A stretch of DNA of 64,000 nt from Chiloscyllium plagiosum (GCF_004010195.1 NC_057753.1:2005243-2069242); one strand, 5' to 3'; counted from the stretch's first letter, positions 12,503 to 24,417 are shown. Made by a program: numbers and translations. The notes: generated from the sequence alone by a model not told the origin.

Positions 12503-14679
12503 GGTCCAATCTCCTAATCGTCTCTGTATAACTCAAAGTCTACAACTCTGGCAATATCATTGTAAATCTTTTCGGCAATCTTTCGAATTTTCCATCATGT
12601 TTCTCAAAGTAGGGAGATTTAAATGCTGTATTCCAAAAGGGGCCTAACCAATCTTGTTGAATGGCTGAGCAGACTGAAAGATCTGAAATGCATTTCCCTT
12701 AGCATTTTGATGCGTTCATAGGCATAGTCATATTGAACCTCTCCACTTGGGACATTTTTTAGATATTTAATAAAACATTAAGTATAGGCTTTGACTTTGC
12801 ATTGAATGCCTATGACCTCTGCTCGGAAAAAAATGTTACTAAAACTTTGTTTGCATGGATATCAGCGCCAGCAAGACAATCAGAGGATAAGTGAGAAGAG
12901 CGATTGCAATCAACTTAGTTCAGCGAGGGAGAGAAACGATCAACAAAGTTCTGGGAGATCGGGCAAAACTCGAAAGGAGTGGGGAGGATCTGGTAACACT
13001 GGTTTAGACTGCAAACATCAAATAAATACTCCCTGCTCCTATATTTGCAGCTCCAGTACTTTTACTTCATTGGGATCATTCCAAGTTCTCGGCCGTCATT
13101 TTTGCTCCATAGGGATGTCTCTGCATTCCAAACTGCCTTGGTTATGGATCTGTGCCTTGTTTCTCTCATCATAACCACATGAAAAAGTTTCAAGGTTTTG
13201 GAAATGTTGAACTTATTAATCAAAGTTTCACATGTTAATGTATATCATGGAAAACCTAACAACCCCTGCGAAACACTGTGGAAATCCTGACATAACCCTC
13301 CTCCAATGCAAACTATAATCGTTATTGATGACTTTTTCATTTCAGTTTTGTTACTGTAACTTTTATTTCATTAAGTCCATTAATTTTCTCACCAGACCCT
13401 TATGAAGCAATTTATTAAATCACCTTTTCCATGTTTGCACAATAATTTGTGTTACCATACTCGACATACTGTTACCTCAACTAAACAAGGCATGGAAAAT
13501 GTTCATACACAATGTCAGAGAGAAGCAACAAAATAAAATGGGACATAAACCAATTCACACAATTCTTGAACTTCGACACATCAATGCTGAAAGTTGCCTC
13601 AGATTACTACCCGTTCAGAGGAATTTTTACAGGCCTGCTATCTTTATTCATTCTCTCTGCAGTAGTAGAGCTCAGCTGATGAGTTTACTTCCCACCACAT
13701 ATCTCCCTGGCTGCACACAGACTGACATGGGACTGTCCTTTATCTGGGCCACTCTGGGTAAAGGGCCAGTAAGCTGCTCGTTGGTAAGTTGTAAGCTTCG
13801 ACTAACTCTTTGTTACAAAACAGACAAATCAGGCAGTCATGAAATTTGATGTTTGGGATTCACTTGTACCTGGATTGCTTGTCGTTCTACATGGTGGTAG
13901 GTACCGAACTCTGATCCAGTTATTGACATATCAAAGTTTTTATCTCTGCCTCTCTTACGTCTTCTTCTGTTCTTTAAAAGTAGTGACATGTTTCTTTCCC
14001 TGAAGGACATCAGTGAACCAATTTAGTTTTAATGACAATCCAGCAGTTTTCAAGGTAAAATTGTTCCCCTAAGCGTCAGCTTCACAGAATGCTAGATTCA
14101 TTACTTCGATTTCAAAACTTGTCTGTGTTTTAATGGATTCTCTGTCACTATTTTTTCTGAGTTAATCAGGTTCACGGGAAATTGTAGAGTTTGATTTTCA
14201 GTCAGGAAACTCGATGTAAATATTATGACAGCAGAATCACTGGCATACTCTCTCCTTAATGCGGCAAAATGTTGGAATAAAGGAAGCAGCGTAGAGCCAG
14301 AATAGTCTGCAAACTGGCGTTATATTGTAGGAGAGTAGAACTTGTTTTCATGACATTGAGTGTCATTGATAGCTTCAGGAAGTTTCGCAATGTCCTGGTT
14401 TATGCAGTTCTCATATCCCAGATCATCATACTATTTTGAAGTGAGATTAATTAGAAGATCGAAGTGACAAAACCAGACAGTATCTTCCTTTTTTCCACGT
14501 TTTCCTACTTGAATTACTTCTTTCCCCGTTAATTACTTCTGTTCATACGCACAAGCCTAGCGTATCTCCAAGGACTGCTGATCACATTGCAGGAGATAAA
14601 GCATGAGAATTCACGAGCACAGCCTATTCAAGGTGATATGTGTAAATGAACATATAAAGCAGTAAATAGTCTATTATGT
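12503..14679. repeat. GPCR 3'-flank module copy B (downstream of gene 1)
   Basis: Colinear with 56511-59250 plus 61054-61499, e.g. cctaaccaatcttgttgaatggct and tctcatatcccaga. Confidence 0.85.
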
Positions 14680-15626
14680 TTAACTCAAATTGCATTTTTT
14701 CATGATTTTAATTTGATCATTTTGAGAACATTTAAATAATTTTGTTATGGGAAATTTCAAAAGTTTCTTTAACTCCATCCTGAATTCACTTTGGGTGCCT
14801 GCATAGATAAATGGGTTAATGCAGGAACTCAAAAGCTGAAGCATAAAACCCCCTTCTAACAGAATGAAATTTGATTCATTGTAATTTGAACCTATGAAAT
14901 AGCTGAAGTTCGGAAATTGAACATGGAAGAATGTCAGGAAAACCAATAAATATGACAGGAGGAAATTGCCTGAGATGGCAAAGAGTAAAACCATGGACTT
15001 CTTCCGTTTTTCCATCTCTGGGTCGCTGTCATTCTCTCTATTGTTTCGTGTCTGAAGTCTCCAGCGGGTTCTACTGACCAAAAGAATGTGCCTGACAGTG
15101 AAGACATTGAGCAGTAAAATCAGAATGAATGGAAGGCAGGGGTTTAAAATTGTTATTATCCAGTCAAATGCAATCCAACTGGGTGACGTATAATATATTG
15201 GTTTGGTGCGGCAATACCAAGGTACACTGTTAGTTATAAATGAAGGCTCATACGCAAAATAAAATGGGATGTTTCTGATACAGTTCAGAATGCAGGTAGT
15301 TGCTATAACCACAGTTGCTACTCTCTCAGTACAATATTTCATTTTGAACTTCTGGCAACAAATGGAAATGAAGCGATCAAAGGTGAAAGTGACAGTTACC
15401 CAGACAGAGGAATCTCTGACTCCATAAAGTAACACAAGACTGGCACTGCAGACTGGGGTGATGGACATGAATATCATTTTGAAATAAATACCCACAATCC
15501 GGTTAAATATCACAGCTGTGATAATGACTAGGATATCCGTCACCACCATGGAAACCAGGTAACATGCAATGCATTTGGAAATACGGCATCTATTTCGTGA
15601 CAGGATAAAAAATATTGAAAGGTTTG
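14680..15626 (-). CDS. GPR139-like class A GPCR, gene 1, coding exon 2 (join with 17081-17150; 338 aa total)
   Basis: Acceptor ttgtttttcatag|CA AAC (phase 1, A-N-L-S). Motifs: TM2 MVVTDIL, TM3 SVWVTVTFTFDRF, PWYC, TM5 PCLPF, TM7 NPFIY. Open reading to TAA. 70+947 = 1017 nt. Confidence 0.93.
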
Positions 15627-16119
15627 CTATGAAAAACAAATAGAACAAGTGAATTGATGAAAATGACAAATGTAGATCTATCCACAGCAAGAAACAAACA
15701 GGCATTTGGGAATTCTCAAATTTCTGGAAGCAATTTCAAAGACAGAGAAGATTCCATATTTTGCACTGGAAATATTTACGTCCAACCACAGAAAAAAATC
15801 TTTAATTAGCAGCGAACTCTCAGCAGTATGTAACAGTGGCAAAAGGGATATAATCCAGATTTTGACGTTCTTTCTTTACCATGAAGTTGCAGGAAATTCA
15901 TTCTACTGCGCCCTTGGGAAATTTCTAAAGCAGAACAAAAGGAAACATTGTATGAAAAATTAGTAATTGGAAGTGATAATATCATATTGAAGAAGGAAAT
16001 GACCTTAAGGGAGCAGACAAAACTGACTGTAATGAAACGAGTTGAAAGTGAAGACTTGAGATGCTGGAGAGTCATAGTCGAATAGTTTTTAAAGTGACAA
16101 AGAGGAATGTTGAGGGAAA

Positions 16120-16380
16120 AGTGGAGGACTTGAGCTATGTGGAGTCTAATATTGTGGCGCTGGAAATACACAACACATCAGGCAGCATCCGAGAGGCAGG
16201 AGAGTCACCTCTTAAGGCATTATCCCTTCATCAGGAATGTTGGGGGCGGGCGGGGTTGCTGAACAGGGTGAGAGTTAAATCGGAGGGTGGGAGTGGGGCT
16301 GAATGCATGTAGCTGAGATGGCGATATGTCAACGCAGATGGGGGTGTTATTGTGAAAGGTCAGTGGGATCAGTGAATTGT
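16120..16380 (-). mobile_element. Degenerate Penelope-like terminal repeat in the gene 1 intron
   Basis: gctggaaatacacaac..tcaggcagcatccgag..gcaggagagtc..cccttcatcaggaat followed by a G-rich tract, as at 30-260. Confidence 0.75.
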
Positions 16381-17080
16381 AAAGAAATCCTCAGAATTTC
16401 ACACTGAAGCAGATATTCAGGAAGGGATCACTTCATGAGAAAAGAAATTAAATAGTCACTTCAATAAGTTACTTCATGTACAGTAATGCCGTTAGGAACA
16501 CAACAATGCAACATTTCTGACTTAAACCATAAAACGGGGCAAAATCATATTGTTATACTTTACAACATAAAGAAGTGATGCAACTGGAAAGGAGAAATGA
16601 CATTGTTAAGATGAAGAATATAAGATAAAAAGTCGTTGAAAATACCTTGTTTGGAAATGGGATATTAATGTCCTTGAAATGAAGGTGAGACAATAAAGGT
16701 CAAGTTGCCAACCACTTGCTGGACCATTGGGCTGCTCTTTCATTAGACACAGACTACTTGTTCACGTCTAAACTTAAGACACTTTGCTACAGGTGACGTG
16801 AGAGTGTGAAATGGAAACTCCTGCATGGTAACATCAGCCAATGCAACAATTGAATCAAAAGCCTATCACCCAGACAACTGAGCTAACTGACCCCTTGAAA
16901 ATTGCGTACCCCACTCGAAACTCTCGTTGAATTTGACCAAGTTGCCGGACTGAATACCAAAACGACTACGAGTTTCCTGGACACAGTATTGATAACTCGC
17001 AGAACGGGCAAACCGAGATGTTAAAATTATAGAAGACATTAAAAATCATTTCTATATAATAATTACCGAATATCCTTTAC

Positions 17081-17150
17081 CTGGAAACCCAATCGTTGCT
17101 AGGATTGGATAGTAAATCGCAAACAAGAGCCCTTTTGTTAATTCATGCAT
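17081..17150 (-). CDS. GPR139-like gene 1, coding exon 1 (MHELTKGLLFAIYYPILATIGFP)
   Basis: ATG at 17150, 23 codons + 1 nt, donor CCA G|gtaaag. The YYP..A.IG.P start of TM1 joins exon 2 in frame and parallels the other two genes. Confidence 0.9.
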
Positions 17151-17687
17151 TTCTGTCTTAAGCTGAGTTTGTGTTTGGCATGACAATGGATGTTAGCCAC
17201 ATTTGTACCTGACGCCAGGCTCCAGGGACGTAATTAAATGCGTTGTGCCTTAACAGCAACTACTCTAGTTGAAACCAGCAGATTAGGAATTCTTCCTGCC
17301 TGCTCGTCTTCAATGTTGATGGAATAGAATTTTATTCCTGGAAATTGGCACTGTTCCAAAGTGAAGTATTGCAGGGTACAGTCTCCCTGATTAAAAACAA
17401 AAGAAATATGAAACAGACCAGTGCAAATAACCGCAATACTTTTTGCATGATATACACTTGTCTGTGATAAAGGTATTTTAGATCTAACGTATTCTATTCT
17501 GTGGGGCAAGCGACCATATTTCCTCTCCTGAGAAATATTCAGTCTATGTGATCCAAGGTGGGTTCCATTTTATTGGAAACCGCATATCTACTTTAAAACT
17601 ACAGCCTGTGCACGGATTGTGGGGATGTTTCATTCAGTATGGCCAAGATGTGTAAGTGCCGGTGTTGTACATTGTTCAACAAATTTA

Positions 17688-17785
17688 GAAGTCTCACCAG
17701 GTTGTATTCCAAAATTATTATTTGAAATCATAACCTTTCAGAGGGCTGCTCCTTCGTCAGATTATAACCTGTCGACGTGTGACTT
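17688..17785 (-). mobile_element. Penelope-like terminal repeat of a second family (degenerate)
   Basis: Minus strand ctgacgaaggagcagccctctgaaagg...tacaacctggtgag; resembles the end of the element at ~33200-33270. Confidence 0.6.
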
Positions 17786-18109
17786 CTAATATTCAGTGTA
17801 CACAGGGTCAACTGAGGATACTTACCTCCGTTGTGCCGTGTCCAAGTCGCCAGCGTGACCTTCGGCGTTTGACCAAAACTATAACACTTTGAGGAGCAGA
17901 TTTCGATAAATGAAGCGGAATCTGATAAAATGGCAAGGATTGCATTTCCTGCATTTGTAAGAGATTGTCGTAAAGGAAGCTTTTTTCATGTGAGTGCTTG
18001 AAGTGCACATGGAAAAGTCTGAGGAGAGACTCTTGGAAGAACTGAAGAAAAATGATATTCTATACTAATACCATGTGAGTGTTCCATTATTTAATGAAAT
18101 TGTAGCTGA

Positions 18110-20245
18110 TGTGACAATCCTCAACTCAATTTTCCTGATTTTCGCCTTGAAACCTTGATTCTCTTATTGATTCAAAATCTATTTATTTCACCGTTGAATA
18201 TATTTTGTGACATAGCCTCTGCAGCTCTCGGTAGGAATGAACTCCACAAAGTTACGATCAGAAGAAATTCTTATTTGTTTCTGTATTAAATGTGAAAACT
18301 TGTATTCTGAAGTTTTATCCTCTCATCCTAGACATTTGCACAAATCGAAACAACGTCTCAGAATCTGACCCATCAAACCCTCTACGAAGTATATATGTTT
18401 CAGTAAGTTCGTTTCTCTTTCCCCTAAACTCTGACATGCACAACTCAACCTACTTGACCTTTACTCATGAGAAAATTCCTCCATGTCTGGATTCAGTGAT
18501 TCTTCTCTAGTTTGCATCGAATACCATTAGTTCTTACATGAGCCTCAAGGACTAAAACTGTTCACATTAGGCTCAGTGTGGTCTAAGTGGTGTTTTGTGT
18601 AGCTTCCACAAGACTTCATTATATATGTATTCCATTCCATTGGACAAATACTAATATTCCTGTTACCATTCATATTTTATGTTGTGTGCACATTCATTTT
18701 GTGAGATATGCACGATGAACCTCAAATGTGGTTGTGCTGTAGTTTTTGTAGATATATCGCCTCTATTCTTTGCAAAACCCTTTTTTCCACTTCAAATTCC
18801 ATCTGTCAAATAATTGACAATCATACAGTCAAACAGTGCTACAGCAGGGATATAGGCCATTTGGCCCCAAGTGGTCCTTGCCAACCAACATAGCAGTCCA
18901 TACTAACACCATTTCCTTACACTTGGCCAACACACTTCTAATAATTTCCTATCCATATACTTGTCCAAATTACTTTTAAAAGTTGTTTGTGCATCTGCCT
19001 CAACTATTTTGGCTGGCAGCTTATTCCATATACGTTTTGCCATCTGTGTAAAAAAGTTGCCCCATAATTTCCCATTTATTCTTTCTCCGTGAACCTTAAA
19101 CTGATGCCCTTTAGCCCTCGATTCCCCAACCTTGGGAAAAAGACTGAATACATTCACCCTCTCCATGCCGCTCATGATCAGAAACACCTCTATAAGTCTT
19201 GCCAACCCCCAGTCTCCTACGCACTAAAGAAAAAAGTCTTAGCTTGTCAAGCCTCTCCCAGTATAACTGACAACTGAGATCAGGCAACATCCGTATAAAC
19301 GTCTGCTCATTTCCAGTTTAATAACATCCATCCTATAACAAGGTGACCAAAACTGAACGCAATACTCCAAATACAGCTTCAACAGCAACATCGAGTCTCA
19401 ACTTCTATAGTCAATGCCCCGAATAATGAAGAAGGGCCTGTTTCCACACGGTAAGTAATCTAGGTAATCTAATTCTAAAACTGAACGCAATACTCCAAAT
19501 ACAGCTTCAACAGCAACATCGAGTCTCAACTTCTATAGTCAATGCCCCGAATAATGAAGGCCAGTGTGCCCAAATCGTACTTCACTGCGCTGTATACCAG
19601 TGACTCCACTTTCAGAAAACTGTGAACCTGAACTCCAAGATCCTTCTGTTCACTTAAGGCCCTGACTTTCACCATGCAACTACCAGCTTGATTTGATTTT
19701 CCAAAATGCAAGATCTGACTGCTATATATATTAATCTCCATTTGCCATTTCTCGACCGACATCCCCAGCTGATCAAGGTCCTGCTGTAATTTCCAATAAC
19801 CTTGCCCACTGGATAGGATAACACATACTTTATGTTATTCAGTGAAGTTAGTAATTATGCATTGTATATTCTCATCTCATTCATTTATATAGACAATAAG
19901 AGTAATTGAGCCCAGCATCGACACCAGAGACACCCCACTGACCAGAGACCTCAAGTCCATCAAGCATCCACAGAATATCATCCTCTGCTTCCGACAATCA
20001 AGCCAATTTTGCATCCAATTTGCCAGCTCACCGTGGAGTCCATGCGATCTCACTTTCCAGAGCAGCCTAACATGTGGATCCTTATCAAATGCCTTACTGA
20101 AATCCATATAGATTACATCTACCTTTCTGTTCTTGTCAACCTTTCAGGTCACTTCATCAAAGAACTCTGACAAAAAAAAAATTCTAAAGCATGATCTCTC
20201 AAACTCAGGTCCATGCTGAGTACTCCGAATCAAATCCTGTCTTCA
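18110..20245 (-). mobile_element. Adjacent CR1 LINE fragments (RT and 3' ends)
   Basis: MDFSKAFDKDPHVRLLWKVRSHG..NWLDCRKQR, WQMEIN..LHFGKSN..EQKDLGVQVH, and SRAKGHQFKV..NFFTQ..WN. Confidence 0.88.
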
Positions 20246-20390
20246 AAGTTTGTGAGAAGATTTGTAGCTCGGGTGCTCGTTGTTGTGGTTCTGTTCACGG
20301 AGCTGGGAATTTGTGTTGCAGACGTTTCGTCCCCTGTCTAGGCGACATCCACAGTGCTTGGGAGCCTCCTGTGAAGCGCTTCTGTGAGGG
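20245..20390 (-). mobile_element. Penelope-like solo terminal repeat (third family)
   Basis: Reverse complement of the 24174-24325 repeat (gaagcgctt..aggaggctcccaagcactg..gaaacgtctgcaac..gagctacaaatctt). Confidence 0.85.
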
Positions 20391-21497
20391 ATGCTTCACT
20401 CACCAAAGTAATTTTGCTTCATAAAAATTTCCTGTTCTTTACGACTGCTGTCGGAGCAACAATGGAAATACATTCCCCAGCTGGAAATTGCACTGGCGCA
20501 TCGTGGTGAAAGGGTGTAATTCTAAACACGAGAACTTCAAATAAATTGGCTCTGCACAAATATACTTTGCTTATCAAAGCTACGTGTGAATTGTGGGCGT
20601 ATCTCGCCTGCGTTGGAGGCTACATTGCACCATTTCCTTTTGTTCCTTTTGCAGTGTGAATGCTGACTTTAAAAATTCAGAAGAGATGGGGAATACTCAG
20701 CAAAAAGGTGTGGACAGATAAATAGACTCGATGATTTATCTCGATGACATGTGTTACCCACCCAAGATATACCAAACAATTAAAGAATTTGATGGGTGGG
20801 CAGTGAGAATATGTACTGGTATAATTTATTTTTGACCCAGGTAGATAGAGTACCTTGGGGAGAATGTTGGAGATAGTGCTCCTGACGAAATGACAATGGA
20901 AGCTAAATTATACCATGCAGAGCTTTTTTTTGTTCAAACTGTGAAAGAAAATCATAAAACTCATTAAAAAACTGACAGATTTTCTTTTGAGATGAGGGTT
21001 TAAAGATTTGCAGAATCAGTCTAAATCAATGAAGTGTGGATGCAGAGTTAATTTTGTTTCATAAAACCTAAAAAAAAGTTTGTGGAGAGTATTTCAGGGT
21101 CATGAGATTATGTTTGAGATCTCCCTGTCGATACCTTGCTATCATTCCGTTTCAGAATCTCCTTCAAATCGAAAATTCTGTTGCCGTAACTGTAAGAGGG
21201 TTAGGCAATCAGTGGTGGTAATAGAAGGCCAACAAATTAGAAAGAAGGAAATTCCAAGGAGGAAGAATGGAAAACGTCACACAAGAAGTGAAAGATTTGA
21301 GAGAAGAAGAGTGATTTACTGTGATCGACTATGTTGAAAGGTTATTATTTAGAAATAATTTGATGGCTATTTTGCAGATAATGTTTATATCCTTATTAAC
21401 TATGATATCCAAACTTCATATTGGTGCCTTTGTCTCCCGACATTCTACCAACTTGAATAGTTTCTTTCCAGCAATTCTAACTCAACTACTACTGACG

Positions 21498-21805
21498 TTA
21501 GATTAGATTAGATTATTTACAGTGTGGAAACAGGCCCTTCGGCCCACAACGCCAACCTGACTCTCCGAAGAGGAACCGACCCAGACCCATTTCCCTCTGA
21601 CTAATGCACGTAACACAATGGGCAATTTAGCATGACCAATTCACTTGCACTGCGCATTTTGGACTGTGGGAGGAAACCAGAGCACCCAGAGGAAACCCAT
21701 TCAGACACGGGAGAATGTACAAACGCCCCACAGACAGTCACCCGAGGCTGGAATAGAACCTGGGATCCTGGTGCTGTGAGGCAGCAGTGCTCGCCACTGA
21801 GCCAT
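21498..21805 (-). mobile_element. V-SINE (HE1-like)
   Basis: V-core and (aatct)n tail, with A and B boxes on the minus strand. Confidence 0.9.
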
Positions 21806-22501
21806 GTTGAACACTTCTATCTAATCCCTCCAACACTTCTTCCCTCAGTAAAACAGCCTCATATTCTCCAAGATCTCTTCTTAATCTAAGTCAGTCATCA
21901 ACGGAATAATTTTTGCAAACGATTTGTGCATATTGTCTAACGTTTTCACATCCATAAAAAATCATGTTACCGGGTGTTTAAGAGTCCAGGAAATCTTACA
22001 TTGTGTTTATCGTTCAAACAAGCACCTATGGATAAGGTTCTGGATCTAGCAAATCTGTCCTATCGCATTTATGTATTTCGTACATATTCTCCGTGGTGGC
22101 ATATTCCCCTTAGCGTAATAGAGCCTTTCGCTCCCCGCCATGCCACTTTGTTGCAGGCAAAGTGTTCCTTTCTGCATGTCAGTGTTTCGTATTCTAGCTA
22201 CACAAATGTGCTACTCAAGACAAGCAAGGATTGAACAGACAGAGACACGTAAATAAACACACTGCAAGATATCACCAGGATAGATAACAAAAGATGCTCA
22301 GCAATCCAGATGCTGAGATGACGAGGTTGATCAGTTATGGGTTAGTTGGTTAAACACTTTCTGAATGACCATGTGACACTCACATGTCAGCCCAGCTTGA
22401 AGTTCCATGAGTTGTTTGATTTAATCCAGCAACATAAAACGGGCATCTGCAGTTTTTTTTGTCTCTAATCAAGGATACAAGACTGGCTGTTTAAAAATTT
22501 T

Positions 22502-23511
22502 CTATTTCTATCTCAGGCGACCGAATCAACACGGACATCTACTACAAACCGACCGACTCCCACAGCTACCTGGACTACACCTCCTCCCATCCTGCCCCCT
22601 GTAAAAACGCCATCCCATTCTCCCAATTCCTTCGACTCCGCCGCATCTGCTCCCAGGAGGACCAGTTCCAAAAATGCACATCCCAGATGGCCTCCTTCTT
22701 CAAGGACCGCAATTTCCCCCCCAACGTGGTCGACAATGCCCTCCACAGCATCTCCTCCACTTCCCGCTCCTCCGCCCTTGAGCCCCGCCCCTCCAACCGC
22801 CACCAGGACAGAACCCCACTGGTCCTCACCTACCACCCCACCAATCTCCATGTACAGCGCATCATCCGCCGTCACTTCCGCCACCTCCAAACAGACCCAG
22901 CACCAAGGATATATTTCCCTCCCCACCCCTATCAGCTTTCCGTAGAGACCACTCCCTCCGCCACTCCCTTGTCAGATCCACACCCCCCACCGACCCAACC
23001 ACCACTCCCGGCACCTTCCCTTGCAACCGCAGGAGGTGCAACACTTGCGCCCACACCTCCCCCCTCACCTCCCTCCAAGGCCCCAAAGGAAACTTCCATA
23101 TCCGCCACAGATTCACCTGCACCTCCACCCACATCATCTACTGCATCCGCTGCAGCCGGTGTGGCCTCCTCTATATTGGGGAGACAGGCCGCCTACTAGC
23201 GGAGCGATTCAGAGAGCACCTCTGGGCCACCCGGACGAACCAACCCAACCAACCTGTGGCACAGCATTTCAACTCCCCCTCCCACTCCACCGAGGATATG
23301 CAGGTCATTGGACTCATCCACCGCCAAACCACAACAACCCGACGGTCGGAGGAGGAGCGTCTTACCTTCCGACTGGGAACCCCCCAACCTTATCTTAGCC
23401 TGCTGGACCAACTTTCCTCATTCCTGAAGAAGGGCTAATGCCCGAAACGTCGATTCTCCTGTTCCCTAGATGCTGCCTGACCTGCTGCGCTTTTCCAGCA
23501 ACACATTTCCA
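22502..23511 (+). mobile_element. 5'-truncated Penelope-like element with a 14-bp TSD
   Basis: TDIYYKPTDSHSYLDYTSSHP..KNAIPFSQFLRLRRICS (RT thumb) and FTCTSTHIIYCIRCSRCGLLYIGETGRLLAERFREH (GIY-YIG). TSD tgtttaaaaatttt at 22488-22501 and 23512-23525. Confidence 0.93.
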
Positions 23512-24173
23512 TGTTTAAAAATTTTACCTTAGTTGACCAGGTTTATTGCAAGCCTTGAGGTGATTAAAGTAGCGCAGTCAATAAGACATTCATATACGAC
23601 TGGATATGTGTGGTATATGGAGGTTATGAATTCAATTTCTACCGTGAAACGCTTTTATTATTGTGGATCAGCGAGGATAAGAACATCGATTGTACTATAA
23701 GATAATAAGCAATCTTGACAAATAACTGTCTTAATTTGAAAGGACCAATTTATGTCGAAAGATCAGTAATTTGTTTCGAGAGAATGTCACAAGAATCCTG
23801 CACTCGTTAAGTTCTGGAAAAGACGTTTAAGCTTGTTTCACATTCTTAATTTTCTGCGGAATCGCAAATGAAATGAAAACATCTAAACATACGAAATTTA
23901 ACCGATATTAAAATTTTATAAACAGAAATTGCAAGAAGGATAGAAATCTTGCAAGAAGAGCCTGGGACTATTACAATATTTTTAATACGTATTGGTGTGA
24001 ACTGATATATTTTCTGGTGAAAATGATAGGAGATTGCATGTCCCTTAATTTGTAGGACTGGATCGACGTCAAAGGTAACTCACAGTGTCGGTACGCAGAA
24101 AATAGAAACACAGCTATCATAAGAAAGAGAATGAAGCATTGGTGTTAATTCTAATTGGATTGAACGGAAAAGC

Positions 24174-24325
24174 CGGAGGAAACATCAAAGAAGCGCTTCG
24201 CAGGAGGCTCCCAAGCACTGATGATGTCACCGAGCCAGGGGATGAAACGTTTGCAACAAAAACTTCCAGCTCGGCGAACAGAACCACAGCAACGAGCACC
24301 CGAGCTACAAATCTTCGCACAAACT
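24174..24325 (+). mobile_element. Penelope-like solo terminal repeat with hammerhead-like motif and 14-bp TSD
   Basis: TSD ttgaacggaaaagc at 24160-24173 and 24326-24339. Absent from duplicate copy 2. Contains gca-ctgatga-tgtcacc..ggggat-gaaa-cgtt-tgc. Confidence 0.88.
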
Positions 24326-24417
24326 TTGAACGGAAAAGCTGTGTTTTACATTATTCTTTTCCTGGACAGTATTAGAATATATTGCTGCTTTGTAGCTTGT
24401 TTGAGTTAGCATTTTAC

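Noticed and set aside
11940..12647. Three long ORFs of 187-218 aa
   Set aside because: Artefacts of translating through the 500-N gap.
15627..15705. Hydrophobic N-termini in the ORF track for the three GPCRs (also 39606-39651 and 62408-62501)
   Set aside because: These are intronic polypyrimidine tracts upstream of AG acceptors. They are not conserved between paralogs, and real first exons exist.
16195..16240. Sense-strand hammerhead in the gene 1 intron as a regulatory self-cleavage site
   Set aside because: CTGATGA is present, but the GAAA core and cleavage triplet are mutated (gccttaagaggtgac).
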